Part shown: positions 51,417 through 64,000 of the stretch, one piece after another
Position numbering within the stretch: the first letter of the stretch is position 1
Layout of the letters: every line of letters begins with the position of its first letter
Source: Bugula neritina
Lineage: Eukaryota > Animalia > Bryozoa
Length of the DNA: 64,000 nt
NCBI GenBank assembly: GCA_964035545.1
Contig: OZ037770.1
Coordinates: forward strand, 9,120,973 to 9,184,972
Direction of reading: 5' to 3'
The notes under the pieces: generated by a model
What the model was told of the DNA's origin: nothing
The model's input: only the letters and a program-made list of their open reading frames with translations
Database searches by the model: none
Made by a program: the position numbers and the translations under genes

Positions 51417-51723
51417 TCCCATCATTCACACTTTGCCAAATCGCAGGCCGCAACGTGAAATATTAGCCATTTTTACAAATGTCTGAGCTTCCTGTACGGC
51501 AATGCGGTACATTATCAGATCAAGCACTGCATGATTCAAACCAGTTGCGGCGGGCTCCTATTGTACAGGAAGACATACACATTAATTCATTGGACTTAAA
51601 TGTCCAATGAGGTACCATAGATCTCACCCAATAGCGCACTTAGAGAACTTCAGCTCGGGCACATTAACAATGGCTGACATTTTACGTTGCGGCCTACTAT
51701 ACCGCAAAGTGTGAATGACAGGT
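51417..51723. mobile_element. TIR element family C, uninterrupted copy
   Basis: Same TIRs as 25741-26393 without the nested MITE; ends approximate. Confidence 0.65.
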
Positions 51724-52973
51724 ATACTCAAACATGAAAAATGCTCAGCTAATGTACTCAATGACACCAAACTTTCTGTTGCATAAATCTATTTCCGAAC
51801 TAGGATGCCCTGGTGTGTAACTTTTCAAAAACTTCCTGTAATATACACTCAACAATTACATGGCTTTGTGTTGTTGCACAGGAACGTACAATTTTAAGCA
51901 AATCTTTAGCCCGCAAACAGAGGCAACTTATTTCGTATAATAGTTATATTATATAACCCTTTAGCCTGCATATAAAGGCAATTAAGAATAGAGCCAAATA
52001 GAGGCAATTTATTTTTCATAATATTTACAGAGAATAAAGATCAAATTCAAACATACAATCTAGCAGGAAATATGGAACTAGTTCATGTGTAGAGACAAAT
52101 AAAGTGATAAATCATGTTTTGTGGTTATCTATCAAAAAACATAACAGCTCACTGTGTAAACTCTCAGTATATAAGACTCTGTAGATTTACATTGGTAACC
52201 CTCTAATTAATCTATCAGAATATTGATCGATTATTAGTTATTAGAATATTACTTGATTATTATTGATTTTCCAATGTGTAGTTTATCATATCAGCAATTA
52301 GTTTAAAAGTTTATAAACGACTATATTATGTAAAATATTAGCTTGTCACTCAAAAGCAGTAAATTGAGATTAGCATCAACAATATAGTAAAATGAATGTT
52401 GCAGTAATGGTTGATATTTGATGGTAAATTATAGTAAACCTTGTGATGTACTAGAATATCAGTATGTAGTAAATGTAGACTTAGAGTTACCATATAATCA
52501 CATTGATCTCTATATGACCTTTAATATAAATCAGGTTAGATATATAAAAAGTTACAAGCTAGCTAATACCTTAAAGTCATGCAGGTTGTGAAATAGGGTT
52601 GGTACAAGTGAAAATAAATTGGCGCTTGGAATTATTTAAGTTTAGGTGTAAATGTTAGTTACTGTGACGTCATACGTCTTTCAACCCCATGCATAGCTGA
52701 ATAAGTGAGTTACTGGGATGTCACACAGCCTGCCACACTGTATCATAGCTCCATAATGAAGAACTCAGTCTACAGAGTCAACTTTGAGAATCATCTAGAA
52801 ATAACAGACACAGTGTATATGTAGAAGTTGTACATCTCAGACATATCATCACAAATATGTACATTAGTAGAAAACACAGAGTTGAACACCAGATGTATTC
52901 AAACAGAGTCTAGTGTGATAAACAATATAATAAATGTACCACAAGATAGAATAATATCCTGTCACACACCTGT

Positions 52974-55900
52974 TTAGTTTAGCTGGTAAAACAGAACTTT
53001 CTTCTCATCCCATCTAGGTACAATCAGAGTGTCTTTATACACATGAAGATCACGCACACTACTCACAGCTCTATCAGTTGGATCTTCTACTTTGGACAGT
53101 TGTGTACCTGTAACAGGAAATGATGTATTTGTGTGTCATCACGAGTACATAGCATAGTATATTTTATAGTGTGAGACTGTGAGAAATACTAATATATTGG
53201 TAACAGTAGTTAACTAACCAATGTAAAACTAACCTGTCTCCACATCCAGTATCCAGATGGTGGTTTTACTGCTGCGTTTAGTCACAAGAATATATTTACT
53301 TCTATAGCAGGTCACACCTTGTGGTTGAGATATATCATTGCATGTCCAGATAACTTTCTCTGTTGTCAAGTCTAATTTAAATACTTGAGAGGAACCACAG
53401 TCAGAAACTACTACACAATGTCTGTCTGCTGCACATATTGCTGTATAATTATTACTGAGTAGAGGGCAGGAGACATGTTTAATTACCTCCCCAGTAAGAG
53501 AGTAGATTGTCAGTTTTTTACTGTGTCTATCAGGGACCACAACCTGGTCATCAACAATAGCAAGATTATTTGCACCACCACTGTCATCATGATGAGACCA
53601 GCTGGTCACCTGTTTCCCAGTAAGATCATACACATGTACCTCCCAATTAGCACCCATGATGCTGCTGATACACTCTAGGGTATACAGCTTATTCCTATGT
53701 ACTGTGACTCCAGTTACAAGGTTAGTAATAGAAGCAAATGACTTGGAAACACTGAAACTCTCATCTATGCTGTCTATCCCTGCACCACTATCCAGCCCTA
53801 CATAAGTGTTACTTTCATAGTTACAGACAGACCAACAGAAATTAGAAACATCAACAGACTGCAAGAGTTTGAGAGATATAGGAAGATCTAGACTAATAAT
53901 CATGTCTGCTGCAGGAACCAAGTCTATTTCTACATCTCTCTTCTCTTCTACAATATACATGTGAATATGTGTGTATGTGTGTATACTTATATATAAGTGA
54001 GTATGTATATATAATATGTATGTCATATAAAAGTGAGTATGTGTATAAATTCTATTATTAAAAACTCTGAGTAAACCTACACACAGGGCTATTTCAACAG
54101 ATATTCAAAATTTCCAACCAGTAGTTTCACACATGAAGGCATTTTTCAAATAATATACGGAATATTGATGTTCTCATATAATATTATATAATTCAGATAC
54201 ATGATTATTATACATTTTTATAATGTTATTAGCAATCTAATAGTGTGCGTCTTCATTAGAACAATATTACATTATATTACTATAGTAGATAAATTACCTA
54301 ATTTAATGCTTCCAATAAAATCTGCAACAGTAATGCAAGTAATCTACAGTTTAGTATACTAACCTTTGACCTTTAGAGATATGACATCACACAGTTCTAG
54401 TTTAGTATACTAACCTTTGACCTCTAGAGACATGACATCACACAGCTCCAGTTCAGGTATCTCAACAGATATCAGTCTCTGTATTTTATCTTTAATCTCT
54501 GCAAATCCTCCAACCAGATCCACCTACAGTATATAAGCATAGCATCAGCCAGTGGGACTAAAAAGACAGTCTTTCTAGTTACAACTTCCTATCGTTTTTC
54601 TGCATTAGTTCACTTAAAGTTACAAATGGTAAGAAAGTGTGGTGTGCCTGGCATGAGCATATTGCAGCAAACTACCTATTCAAAAACGCTATGGCTAGTT
54701 TCCTATTTAGAATTAAAAAATACTTCGATTTAGGCCGACACAACTTTACAACAATTCTTTTAAATAAAATTTTGTAACACATTGGAGTTTGCAAGCACAC
54801 AACTATAGAGCTAATACAGAAATGCATAACATTGTGATGGTCAATCTAAGTATTTCATCAGTTTTTTTTTAACTTGAAGATTCACAAAAACATAATCTAA
54901 ATATATTTAGTAGACAGATGGTGAACACTGCTCACCTGGTGATTTTGTTTAAGTTGAGCTTCTATCTTCATTCTACTGTTACTCAGTTGAGACAAAACAG
55001 TTCCAACTTCTCTCTCCATGTATCTGTTCAGTTCCTCGTTAGTCTTCTTTCTACTCGCTAAGAATTCCTTCTCCAGTTTCTCATACTTTAATCTCACTTC
55101 AGTCAACTACATCATACATTGTATCAGCACATCGTAGAAAGTGGACAACACATTAGAGAAAACTTTTCCAGAATTAAGTTAAACAATAGTATGGATCTTT
55201 TTGCATAATATTTCTAAATTCTTAGATCAAAAATAGTGTTTTAAATTACTCTGAATAGTAGCTAGTCATCTAGCTGTTACTCTCAAGTATTAGTATTGCA
55301 ATGTTTTACTAACACCTGACTACAGAATGTAGATTACAGAGTAACACAAAGTATTTTCTATAAACACACAACCTGTTCATCACGCTGTGTATGAAGAATA
55401 TTCAGCAATTTCTCCGTCTCATTATCAAAGTCTGACACAGTTTTAGAAAAATGTTTGAAGAAAGTAGACATCTTGTCTTCAGTGGTGAGAAGATCATCTA
55501 TATTGATAAGCTCTTTGATTAAGTCATCTAGATTAACCATGTCATGTTTAGAGTCTAAAATGGAAATGAGAATATATATGCAAATTAGTACACATTTCAC
55601 TAATCTGATCGCACTACAGTTATATAACCTTACAGTAGTTATACAGTCAAGTAACCAGTACTACATAACCAGAAGGTGGTGAGAAGTTGAAATATCACTA
55701 TACAATATACTATGACTACTAGATGAACAACATCTCCTGTCACCTTAAAAAGGCTTTCTAAAACTAGAAAATATAATAAAATCTATTAGCTAGTTAATTT
55801 AAGGCAAAAAACTTTTGCAAATTAGTAATAATAAAATAAGATTAAATGCCAAGTTACGACAGAAAATTTCACGATCAACTCAAACGAGCAGTTATATTAT

Positions 55901-57543
55901 GTATCTGTAAAGGGGGTCGCGTAAAGGCCTGGCCACACGATCGTGAGACTCACACCAAATCAAATATTTGACACGAAAAATTATCCGTACGAGAAAATTT
56001 GAGGGAATTCAAACGAAATCGTCATCTTTGGGTGTACACAACGATGACGATAGACGAAAAATCACAATCGACGATAAGTACCATTTGATTGGTCAATAGA
56101 ATTTTAGCAACAGTAATTATTTCATTTCTACCACGTTTCACTATTTGACAATTTTCTGCTGTTTGTACCTCGTGCAAGACTCATTCATGGACTATTTATT
56201 ATGTGTTTTGTCCGACAAGTGTGTGGCTGGTCAAAACAAGAGGATAATTCACGAAAATCGTCACCCGATTTCGTGTGATTCTCACGATCGTGAGGCCAGG
56301 CCTTTAGTTTTGTTTTTGATTCTTGACATCATGACCCCTGACCTTATCTGGGATTCAAACTAATACCAGCTAGTGCTCTAATTACTACAGCTGTTCCGAC
56401 ACTGAAGGGGATGTAGTATTTATCAGATATACTTAAGTTTATCAAATAGCGTTCAGTGGAACTTTCTTACCTCCAACACACAAGTTGCCTGAAGAGACAC
56501 ACTGCACACAAAACAGCTGAACACAGACTTTACACCCCAGTGAGTAGGGATATGCTGTGTGTTTGGGACAAACTCTTCTTTCCAGCCTCTTGGCTTGTAT
56601 TCTGTAGTCAGTGATGGTCATCTTCTGGTGATCATCACTAGTTTCATCATGTAACTAAATTTATCAGAAAGAATATTAATGAGAAATTCAACTCAAATAT
56701 GTATAGCGAAAAAGAAACCAAACTTAAAAATACAAAATCTAAACTTGATTTTACTTAATTCTGTGCACACTGGAAATCTTCCATTTTTAGCTATTTTTCA
56801 CAATTTAGCTGCTAATAAACATGGGTTTTTGCCCAAAATTACTGAAAAACACCTAAATAATCAAGGTTCTCTTAAGTTTGCATGATTTTCCATGTTTTTT
56901 CCTACTTATTCAGCTTATTTGGATTGCAGAGTGTTATGAAAAAACCATAACCCTCCAAAATCAAAAGTAGCTGAATGATCTCTCAATATTTTCTTACAAA
57001 TCAACATTCAAATACAACAACATGTAATCAGAGGCTGAGTTAGAGTATGCAGTGTTGAACATCAACTGAAGAAGTATTTAATGAAAGTATCACCTCATCA
57101 TGTTTTCTGCAGAAGAGTTTACGGCACACAGTACAGTATATGACTGCTGGTACTTTTTTCAACCCCTTTTTAGTGCACACGTCACATGATACGGAGTTGT
57201 CTGCTATATCAGCAGATGGAAGATTCTCCACTCTCACGTCAAACACTTCCCTGTCACAAGACATATAATTGTTTAGTAATCATTGAAACTATATATAACA
57301 GAATGCAATAAATTACATAAAAAAAATTATGTAAACCATGAACTCTTTACCAACAGTATGTCTCAGCTCTACCCATACAAAACTAACTTACCTACACCAG
57401 GGACACCTGATCATGTCATTCACATCAACATTACGAGTAAGACACAGTAAACAGTGTACATGACCACATGGTAGACACTTGGGATTCTCTAAACCTTCAT
57501 TTAGTAAACAGAATCCACACTCAACTCCTTCTGCTGCAGCCAT
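52974..57543 (-). CDS. TRIM-NHL-like protein copy G4, ~600 aa
   Basis: Exons 57543-57392, 57250-57094, 56654-56471, 55554-55373, 55106-54936, 54523-54415, 53947-53234, 53107-52974. Confidence 0.9.
55925..56303. mobile_element. PIF/Harbinger-like MITE family D
   Basis: 31-bp TIR AGGCCTGGCCWCACGATCGTGAGAMTCACAC with TAA/TTA flanks; replaces ~390 bp present in the G1 intron. Confidence 0.8.
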
Positions 57544-60355
57544 TTCACTCAACTCTATATTATAAAACAGGAGAACATACTATAAATGGAATTTAGATTC
57601 CATGTAGTGAGAAAATTTAGTAGTTTATGTTTGTTCTCTTTTCACTCACAACAATAGACTAGTTAACATATGATTTGCACCTTAATAAAAGTTCTTACAT
57701 AGTAATGTAAAAAGTGCAAATCCCACTATTTAAAACAAGCATCAATTGATACAACTAGGTACTTCATACTAGTAGATAATGATCAAATACTACTAAGACT
57801 AGTAACAGTAGTTGGTGCTCACACTTAAAAAAATTGTATTTACGCTCATATGGCGAATGATTGTTCATAGCCATGCAACAACAGAATTACCATTGCGATT
57901 GTGATTGCGATCCATCAAATTTAATATGAGCAACAACAAATCATTCAATACGAGCAACAAGCATCATGTACATAAATTTATATATATACCTAATTATTAA
58001 ATATTTCCATTGGCATTACGCCATCACATCTGATTCTGCTGTATTATTTAGGACTGTGGAAAGCATTCAAAATACAGGCAATAACTTCAACTAACAGTAA
58101 CTTTATCTAGCTTCAAGATTATGTAAAATTTCAGTTCTGAAATAAAGATCGTTAACGACCATACTTCTAGTTTTTCTATGATTATATTATAAATATATAA
58201 ATATAATTATTTTTAATTTGTGAAACTGAATCAGAATCAGAATGACACCCTCACACTCAGTTATCACTTATCACTATCAGTTATGGCATTGGTAGAGATT
58301 TAGAAAGTTAAACTAACTTGAGTCTTGTTCGAGTTTCTAATCTACCACAAGGAAACCACGTTACACGAAGAATCTTCAACTTGGATCCTGCTCTTCAGAG
58401 AGGAACTGTGAGCCCAAGGACAGCTACAGTTTCATTTTGCACCTTGCAGTCAGACTCAAAGGAGGACTTTGCCCAGATTAGGGAAACGCCTCTTTCGGAA
58501 ATGACATCAAAATTTGAATGCTATCATCGTCAGGGTTACCCCCTCTTGTTTTCATAAAAATTTTACTAAAGCTAGAGGCGATACTTGCTTGGGTGACGAC
58601 TCTAGCTGCACATCACAATGACATGTCGCTATGGTTATAGTGTGACGTAACCAAGCTACACAACTTTACGAAGTCTGTCTTTCATAATAATTATGTCACA
58701 GTCAGTTAGAGGCTGTCCCATTCCTGTATCCACAACTCAAAAACAAGTTCTGTAAACTTAAATTACATTTCAATTATAGTAATAAGCTCATAATTTAGAA
58801 TAACCATATATAAAGCTATATTGCTTGTTTAGTCAACACTTTTGTGCTGGTCTATGAAGCATGTATGCTGTTCTAAAGCCTAACCACTAAATTCACTCAA
58901 TATAATACAGCTGAAACTTGTAAGTATGGCTGGAATATATACAGATAACAGATGTAGGTAACTTATACAGGTAGCTTATGCAGGTAACTTATGATGCATA
59001 TTAGTAGCAAGTTTCCAGCTGTTTACTAAAATTAATTTAAGTGCAGTCCCAGCTGTGTATTATTTCTCAGTGAATATCGCAGTTTAATTTCTTGCTATAA
59101 TAAAATCATTTAATTCTGAAATCAGCTTTTGGTTTTGGATCATCTCATTCATATCCTTGAACCTGGCTGGATGTGTTCAGAAGTGTTGCATCACACAGCT
59201 CTTAGTCATCTGAGGTTAAAGCAATTATTTTCATAATAATTTTTCCAACAGCAAAAAGTCAAAACAGTGCTAGGCTTGCTTCTCCAATAACCAACAAAAG
59301 CAAGAAAATACATGCTTCACCAACATTGAAATAATAGCTTTCTTTTTTTATATAATATAACATAAACAGTGGACCGAAGCTGAATAAAACTGTAATGCAA
59401 ATTTGCTGACAGCGAGAAGTCAAGGTAAGTCAACTTCTCTAATAACTCAAGTAAGAATCTACAACTCTGCATCTATAACAAGCTGCTACATTGCTAATGT
59501 TATACTCTATACATAATAGAAATTCTGTAACCTAGTTTACTGCAATAAGACATGGTGATGTGTTCATATAGTGAAATATTTTAACACTAGCAGCTGTAAT
59601 GTTTTAATTTATTCACTGTTTATGGGATATATTGGAATAATTATTCACATTGAATATTATTCTGACATAGCCAATCAAATGATAAGATAATCACACAATA
59701 TCAAACAGGCTATAGACTACATTATATAAAATATTGGTCTGTCATACAAATGCAGTGAATGGAGATTAGCATAAACTACAGAGTAAAATGAATGTAGCAG
59801 ATTAGTGAATGGCATCTGACAGTAAACAATAAACATTGTAATATAATATTATAGTCTGCAGTAGAAGTAGAAATTGAATTAACATTATAAACACATTGAT
59901 AGATCTATGACTTTCAATACAAATGAGGTTAGATATATAAAAATTGTAGTCTGGCTAATACATTGAAGTCATTCAGGCTGTGTGAAAGAGGATTGGTAAA
60001 ATATTACTTGAAGTTAGTTATGTTTAGGTGTAAATGTTAGTTACTGAGACGCCATATGTTCTCCCACACCATGTATGGCCGAATAGGTTAGTTACTGGGT
60101 CGTCATGCAGCCTTCCACACTCTATCACAGCTCTGTGTTGAAGAACTCAGTCTACAGAGTCAAATTTGAGAATCATCTAGAAATAACAGACACAGTGTAT
60201 ATGTAGAAGTTGTACATCTCAGACATATCATCACAAATATGTACATTAGTAGAAAACACAAAGTTGAGCACCAGATGTATTCAAACAGAGTCTAGTGTGA
60301 TAAACAATATAATAAATCTACCACAAGATGGAATAATATCCTGTCACACACCTGT

Positions 60356-63300
60356 TTAGTTTAGCTGGTAAAACAGAACTTTCTTCTCATCCCATCTAGG
60401 TACAATCAGAGTGTCTTTATACACATGAAGATCCCAAACAATACTCACAGCTCTATCAGTTGGATCTTCTACTTTGGACAGTTGTGTACCTGTAACAGGA
60501 AATGGTGTATTAGTGTGTCATCACTAATACATAGCATAGTAACTTTATAGTGTGAGACTGTGAGAAATACTAATATATTGGTAACAGTAGTTAACTAACC
60601 AATGTAAAACTAACCTGTCTCCACATCCAGTATCCAGATGGTAGTTTTACTGCTGCAGTTAGTCACAAGAATATATTTACTTCTATTGCAGGTCACACCT
60701 AGTGGTTCAGATACATCCTTGCATGTCCAGATGACTTTCTCTGTTGTCATGTCTAATTTAAATACTTGAGAGGAATCATAGTCAGAAACTACTACACAAT
60801 GTCTGTCTGCTGCACATATTGCGGTATAACTATTACTGAGCTGAGGGCAGGAGACATGTTTAATTACCTTCCCAGTAAGAGAGTAGATTGTCAGTCTTTT
60901 ACTGTGTCTATCAGGAACTATAACCTGATCATCAACAATGGCAAGTTTGTTTACACCATCACTATTATCATGGTGAGACCAGCTGGTCACCTGTTTCCCA
61001 GTAAGATCATACACATGTACTTCCCAATTAGTGCTGCTGATATGCTGTAGAACATAAAGCTTATTCCTATGTACTCTGACTCCATTTACATTGTTAGTAG
61101 TAGAAGTAAATGACTTGGAAACACTGAAACTCTCATCTATTCTGTCTATCCCTGCACCACCATAAAGCCCTACCTAAGTGTTACTCTCATATTTACAGAC
61201 AGACAAACAGTAATCAGAAAAATCAACAGACTGCAAGAGTTTGAGAGATATAGGAAGAGTAGAAGTTGTCACTCCTTGTTCAAACTTGAAAATCATGTCT
61301 GCTGCAGGAACCAAGTCTATTTCTACATCTCTCTTCTCTTCTACAATATATATGTGAATATGTGTGTATGTGTGTATACTTATATATAAGTGAGTATGTA
61401 TATTTAATATGTATGTCATATAAAAGTGAGTATGTGTATATATTCTATTAACAGAAACTCTGAGTAAACCTACACACAGGGCTATTTCAACAGATATTCA
61501 ATTTTCCAACCAGTAGTTTCACACACATAATGAGCACTATCAGATAATATACTGATCAATATTGAGGTTCATATAGTACATTATATAATGCATATAAACG
61601 ATTATTACAAGTTTTTATTAATATCAGTAATATAATTAATGCGGGTATGCACTAGATCAGCCATGCTTAACCTGCGGCCTTTTGACTTTTGGCGGCCTTT
61701 TGAGCTGGTGAATGTGGCCTTTTGGTTTTTTAGTAAAAATAGAAATTTAGCTCAGTTTCAATCCTTCCAGAATTTTGTTTTCACTGATTCCCAAGTTTAC
61801 TATATGAATCATGACTGCTAGCACATATTGAAGTAAACATTTATTCTCTTTAATGGGGTCTGCCAAAAGCAAATTCAGATTAAGGCCAACAGATATCCTT
61901 CACATACCAGCATCGGACATTAATCCATACTGTGTTCTGTTCAATGTACAAGAAATACTCATATTCCTGAACAATTCAAGTTATTCCCCTGGATCTTTTT
62001 TTCATAAAATGAATATGATTTTATGTAAAAATAGCACTGGTGAAAGTGGCATGGTAAAAATAGCACAGCTAATAATGGAACAAATAGAAAGTAGGTAAAA
62101 TGGCAAACTGATGGTAAATCTTCCCAAACCCCCCACCCAAACCCAGGCGCCTAAACCTCAACCCCCAACCTAACCCTCAACCTTAATATTGAAAATGTGT
62201 CATTTTTACCTACTTAGACACTTGTGCCATTATTACCTGTGCCAATATTACCTGTGCCACTTTTACCTGTGTCACTTTTACCGGACACCAATAAATACAC
62301 ATAAGATTTGAAAATAGGCTTTAATTATTAATATATGGAGGATTTTGACAGTGAAAATGACACTGAACTTTCTAGTGGCCTTTTTGGTGGCTCAGGGTTA
62401 TTTTACGGCCTTTTCCCAAACAAAGGTTGAGCACTAGATTCTAGAACAATAGTGCAAGTAATCTATAGTCTAGTTTATCTACCTTTGACCTTTAGAGACA
62501 TGACATCACACAGCTCTAGTTCAGGTATTTCAACAGATATCAGTCTCTGTATTTTATCTTTAATCTCTGCAAATCCTTCAACCAGATCCACCTACAGTAT
62601 ATAAGCATAGCATTAGTCAGTGGGACTAAAAAGACGGTCTTTTTAGTTACAACTTCCTACTGTTTTTCTGCATTAGTTCACTTAAAGTTACGAATGGTAA
62701 AAAAGCGTGGTGTGCCTGGCATGAGCATATTGCAGCAAACTACCTATTCAAAAACGCTATGGCCAGTATCCTATTTAGAATTAAAAAAACTTTGTTTTAG
62801 GCCGACACAACTTTACAACAATTCTTTTAAATACAATTTTGTAACACATTGGAGTTTGCAAGCACACAACTATAGAGCTAATACAGAAATGAATAATCAG
62901 GCATTGTGATTGTCAATCTAAGTATTTCATCAGTTTTTTTTAACTTAAAGATTTACAAAAACATAATCTAAATATATTTAGTAGACAGATGGTGAAAACT
63001 GCTCACCTGGTGGTTTTGTCTAAGTTGAGCTTCTATCTTCATTCTACTGTTACTCAGTTGAGACAAAACAGTTCCAACTTCTCTCTCCATGTATCTGTTC
63101 AGTTCCTCGTTAATCTTCTTTCTAGTAGCTAAGAATTCCTTCTCCAGTTTCTCATACTTTAGTCTCACTTCAGTCAACTACATCATACATTGTATCAGCG
63201 AATTGTAGAGAGTGGACAACATAATGGAGAAAGTGTTTCAGAGTTGATTGTAGAATTTTGATAACATATCAACTCAGAATAGTAGCTAGTCACCTAACTG

Positions 63301-63578
63301 TTACTCTTAAGTATTAGTATTGCAATGTTTTACTAACACCTGACTACAGAATGTAGATTACAGAGTAACACAAAGTATTTTCTACAAACACACAACCTGT
63401 TCATCACGCTGTGTATGAAGAATATTCAGCAATTCCTCCGTCTCATTATCAAAGTCTGACACAGTTTTAGAAAGGTGTTTGAAGAAAGCAGACATCTTGT
63501 CTTCAGTGGTGAGAAGATCATCTTTATTGATAAGCTCTTTGATTAAGTCATCTAGATTAACCATGTGGTGTGGTGAGT
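60356..63578 (-). pseudogene. TRIM copy G5 (5' exons outside window) with premature stop
   Basis: Exons 63578-63397, 63177-63007, 62591-62483, 61340-60615, 60489-60356; TAG at 61176-61174 where paralogs have TAT. Confidence 0.8.
61658..62431. mobile_element. Possible hAT-like non-autonomous element with a nested subterminal-repeat insert
   Basis: CAGCCATGCTTAACCT start, partial right end AGGTTGAG, flanked by CACTAGAT 8-mers; internal TTACCTGTGCCA repeats near 62220-62285; absent from paralogous introns. Confidence 0.4.
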
Positions 63579-64000
63579 CTAAAACGAAAATGAAAGAAAA
63601 TGACTTCATAGGCCTGCAAAACAAAAACGTAGTGAGCAGCTGAAAAATCACTCTCTGCTGTGATATGCTATTGCTAGTGCATAAACAACACATTCATGTT
63701 ACCTACAGCAACATGCAGTTCTCTGTACTTCTTCCTGTTGAATAAAGCAGTCATATATTGTCTTTGAGCAGCCAATAATAAAAACTAAACCCAACTTGGA
63801 TTACTGCAGTTTCACTAAGTTTCAGCAATAAACACTGGAAAATTGAAATGAAATATGGAAAGGCAACTTTCTCACACACTTTACAGATAAGGGGAGCTCT
63901 AGATTACAAATAGTTCCTTCCAATTAGCATTAAACATGATTTATAACAAAAAGAAATGCAACTTCAATACCACAATCCTTTGTGCTGATATCACAAATTA

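Noticed and set aside
62145-62185. Telomeric repeat tract (CCTAACCCT-like)
   Set aside because: Only one or two degenerate units inside a repeat insert.

Overview
AT-rich metazoan (probably invertebrate) genomic DNA; the taxon cannot be fixed from sequence alone. The backbone is a minus-strand tandem array of closely related TRIM genes with 8 coding exons (RING-HC, two B-boxes, coiled coil, C-terminal NHL-like beta-propeller). Three copies are intact (G1 10713-16025, G3 42513-47182, G4 52974-57543). G2 is wrecked by retrotransposons, G5 carries a nonsense codon and runs off the right edge, and the upstream region of a sixth copy lies at the left edge. Amino-acid differences between copies cluster in predicted propeller loops. 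About 24 kb is LTR-retrotransposon sequence: three related Ty3/Gypsy elements from two LTR families (E1 1631-9233 minus, E2 17651-24100 minus and 5'-truncated, E3 27693-34896 plus), a solo LTR (49717-50158) and an internally deleted Mag-like element (E4 35244-37853). MITEs and SINE fragments are also present. The most unusual feature is a non-env third ORF downstream of pol in E1-E3. It encodes an acidic N-terminus, tandem C2H2/C2HC zinc fingers, a conserved PxVxL (HP1-box-like) motif, a basic patch and a coiled coil. It is preceded by a conserved splice donor whose 53-nt candidate intron would join the pol frame to it. E1-E3 and the solo LTR all sit at ATAT target sites. All coordinates and alignments were read by eye; no database searches were run.
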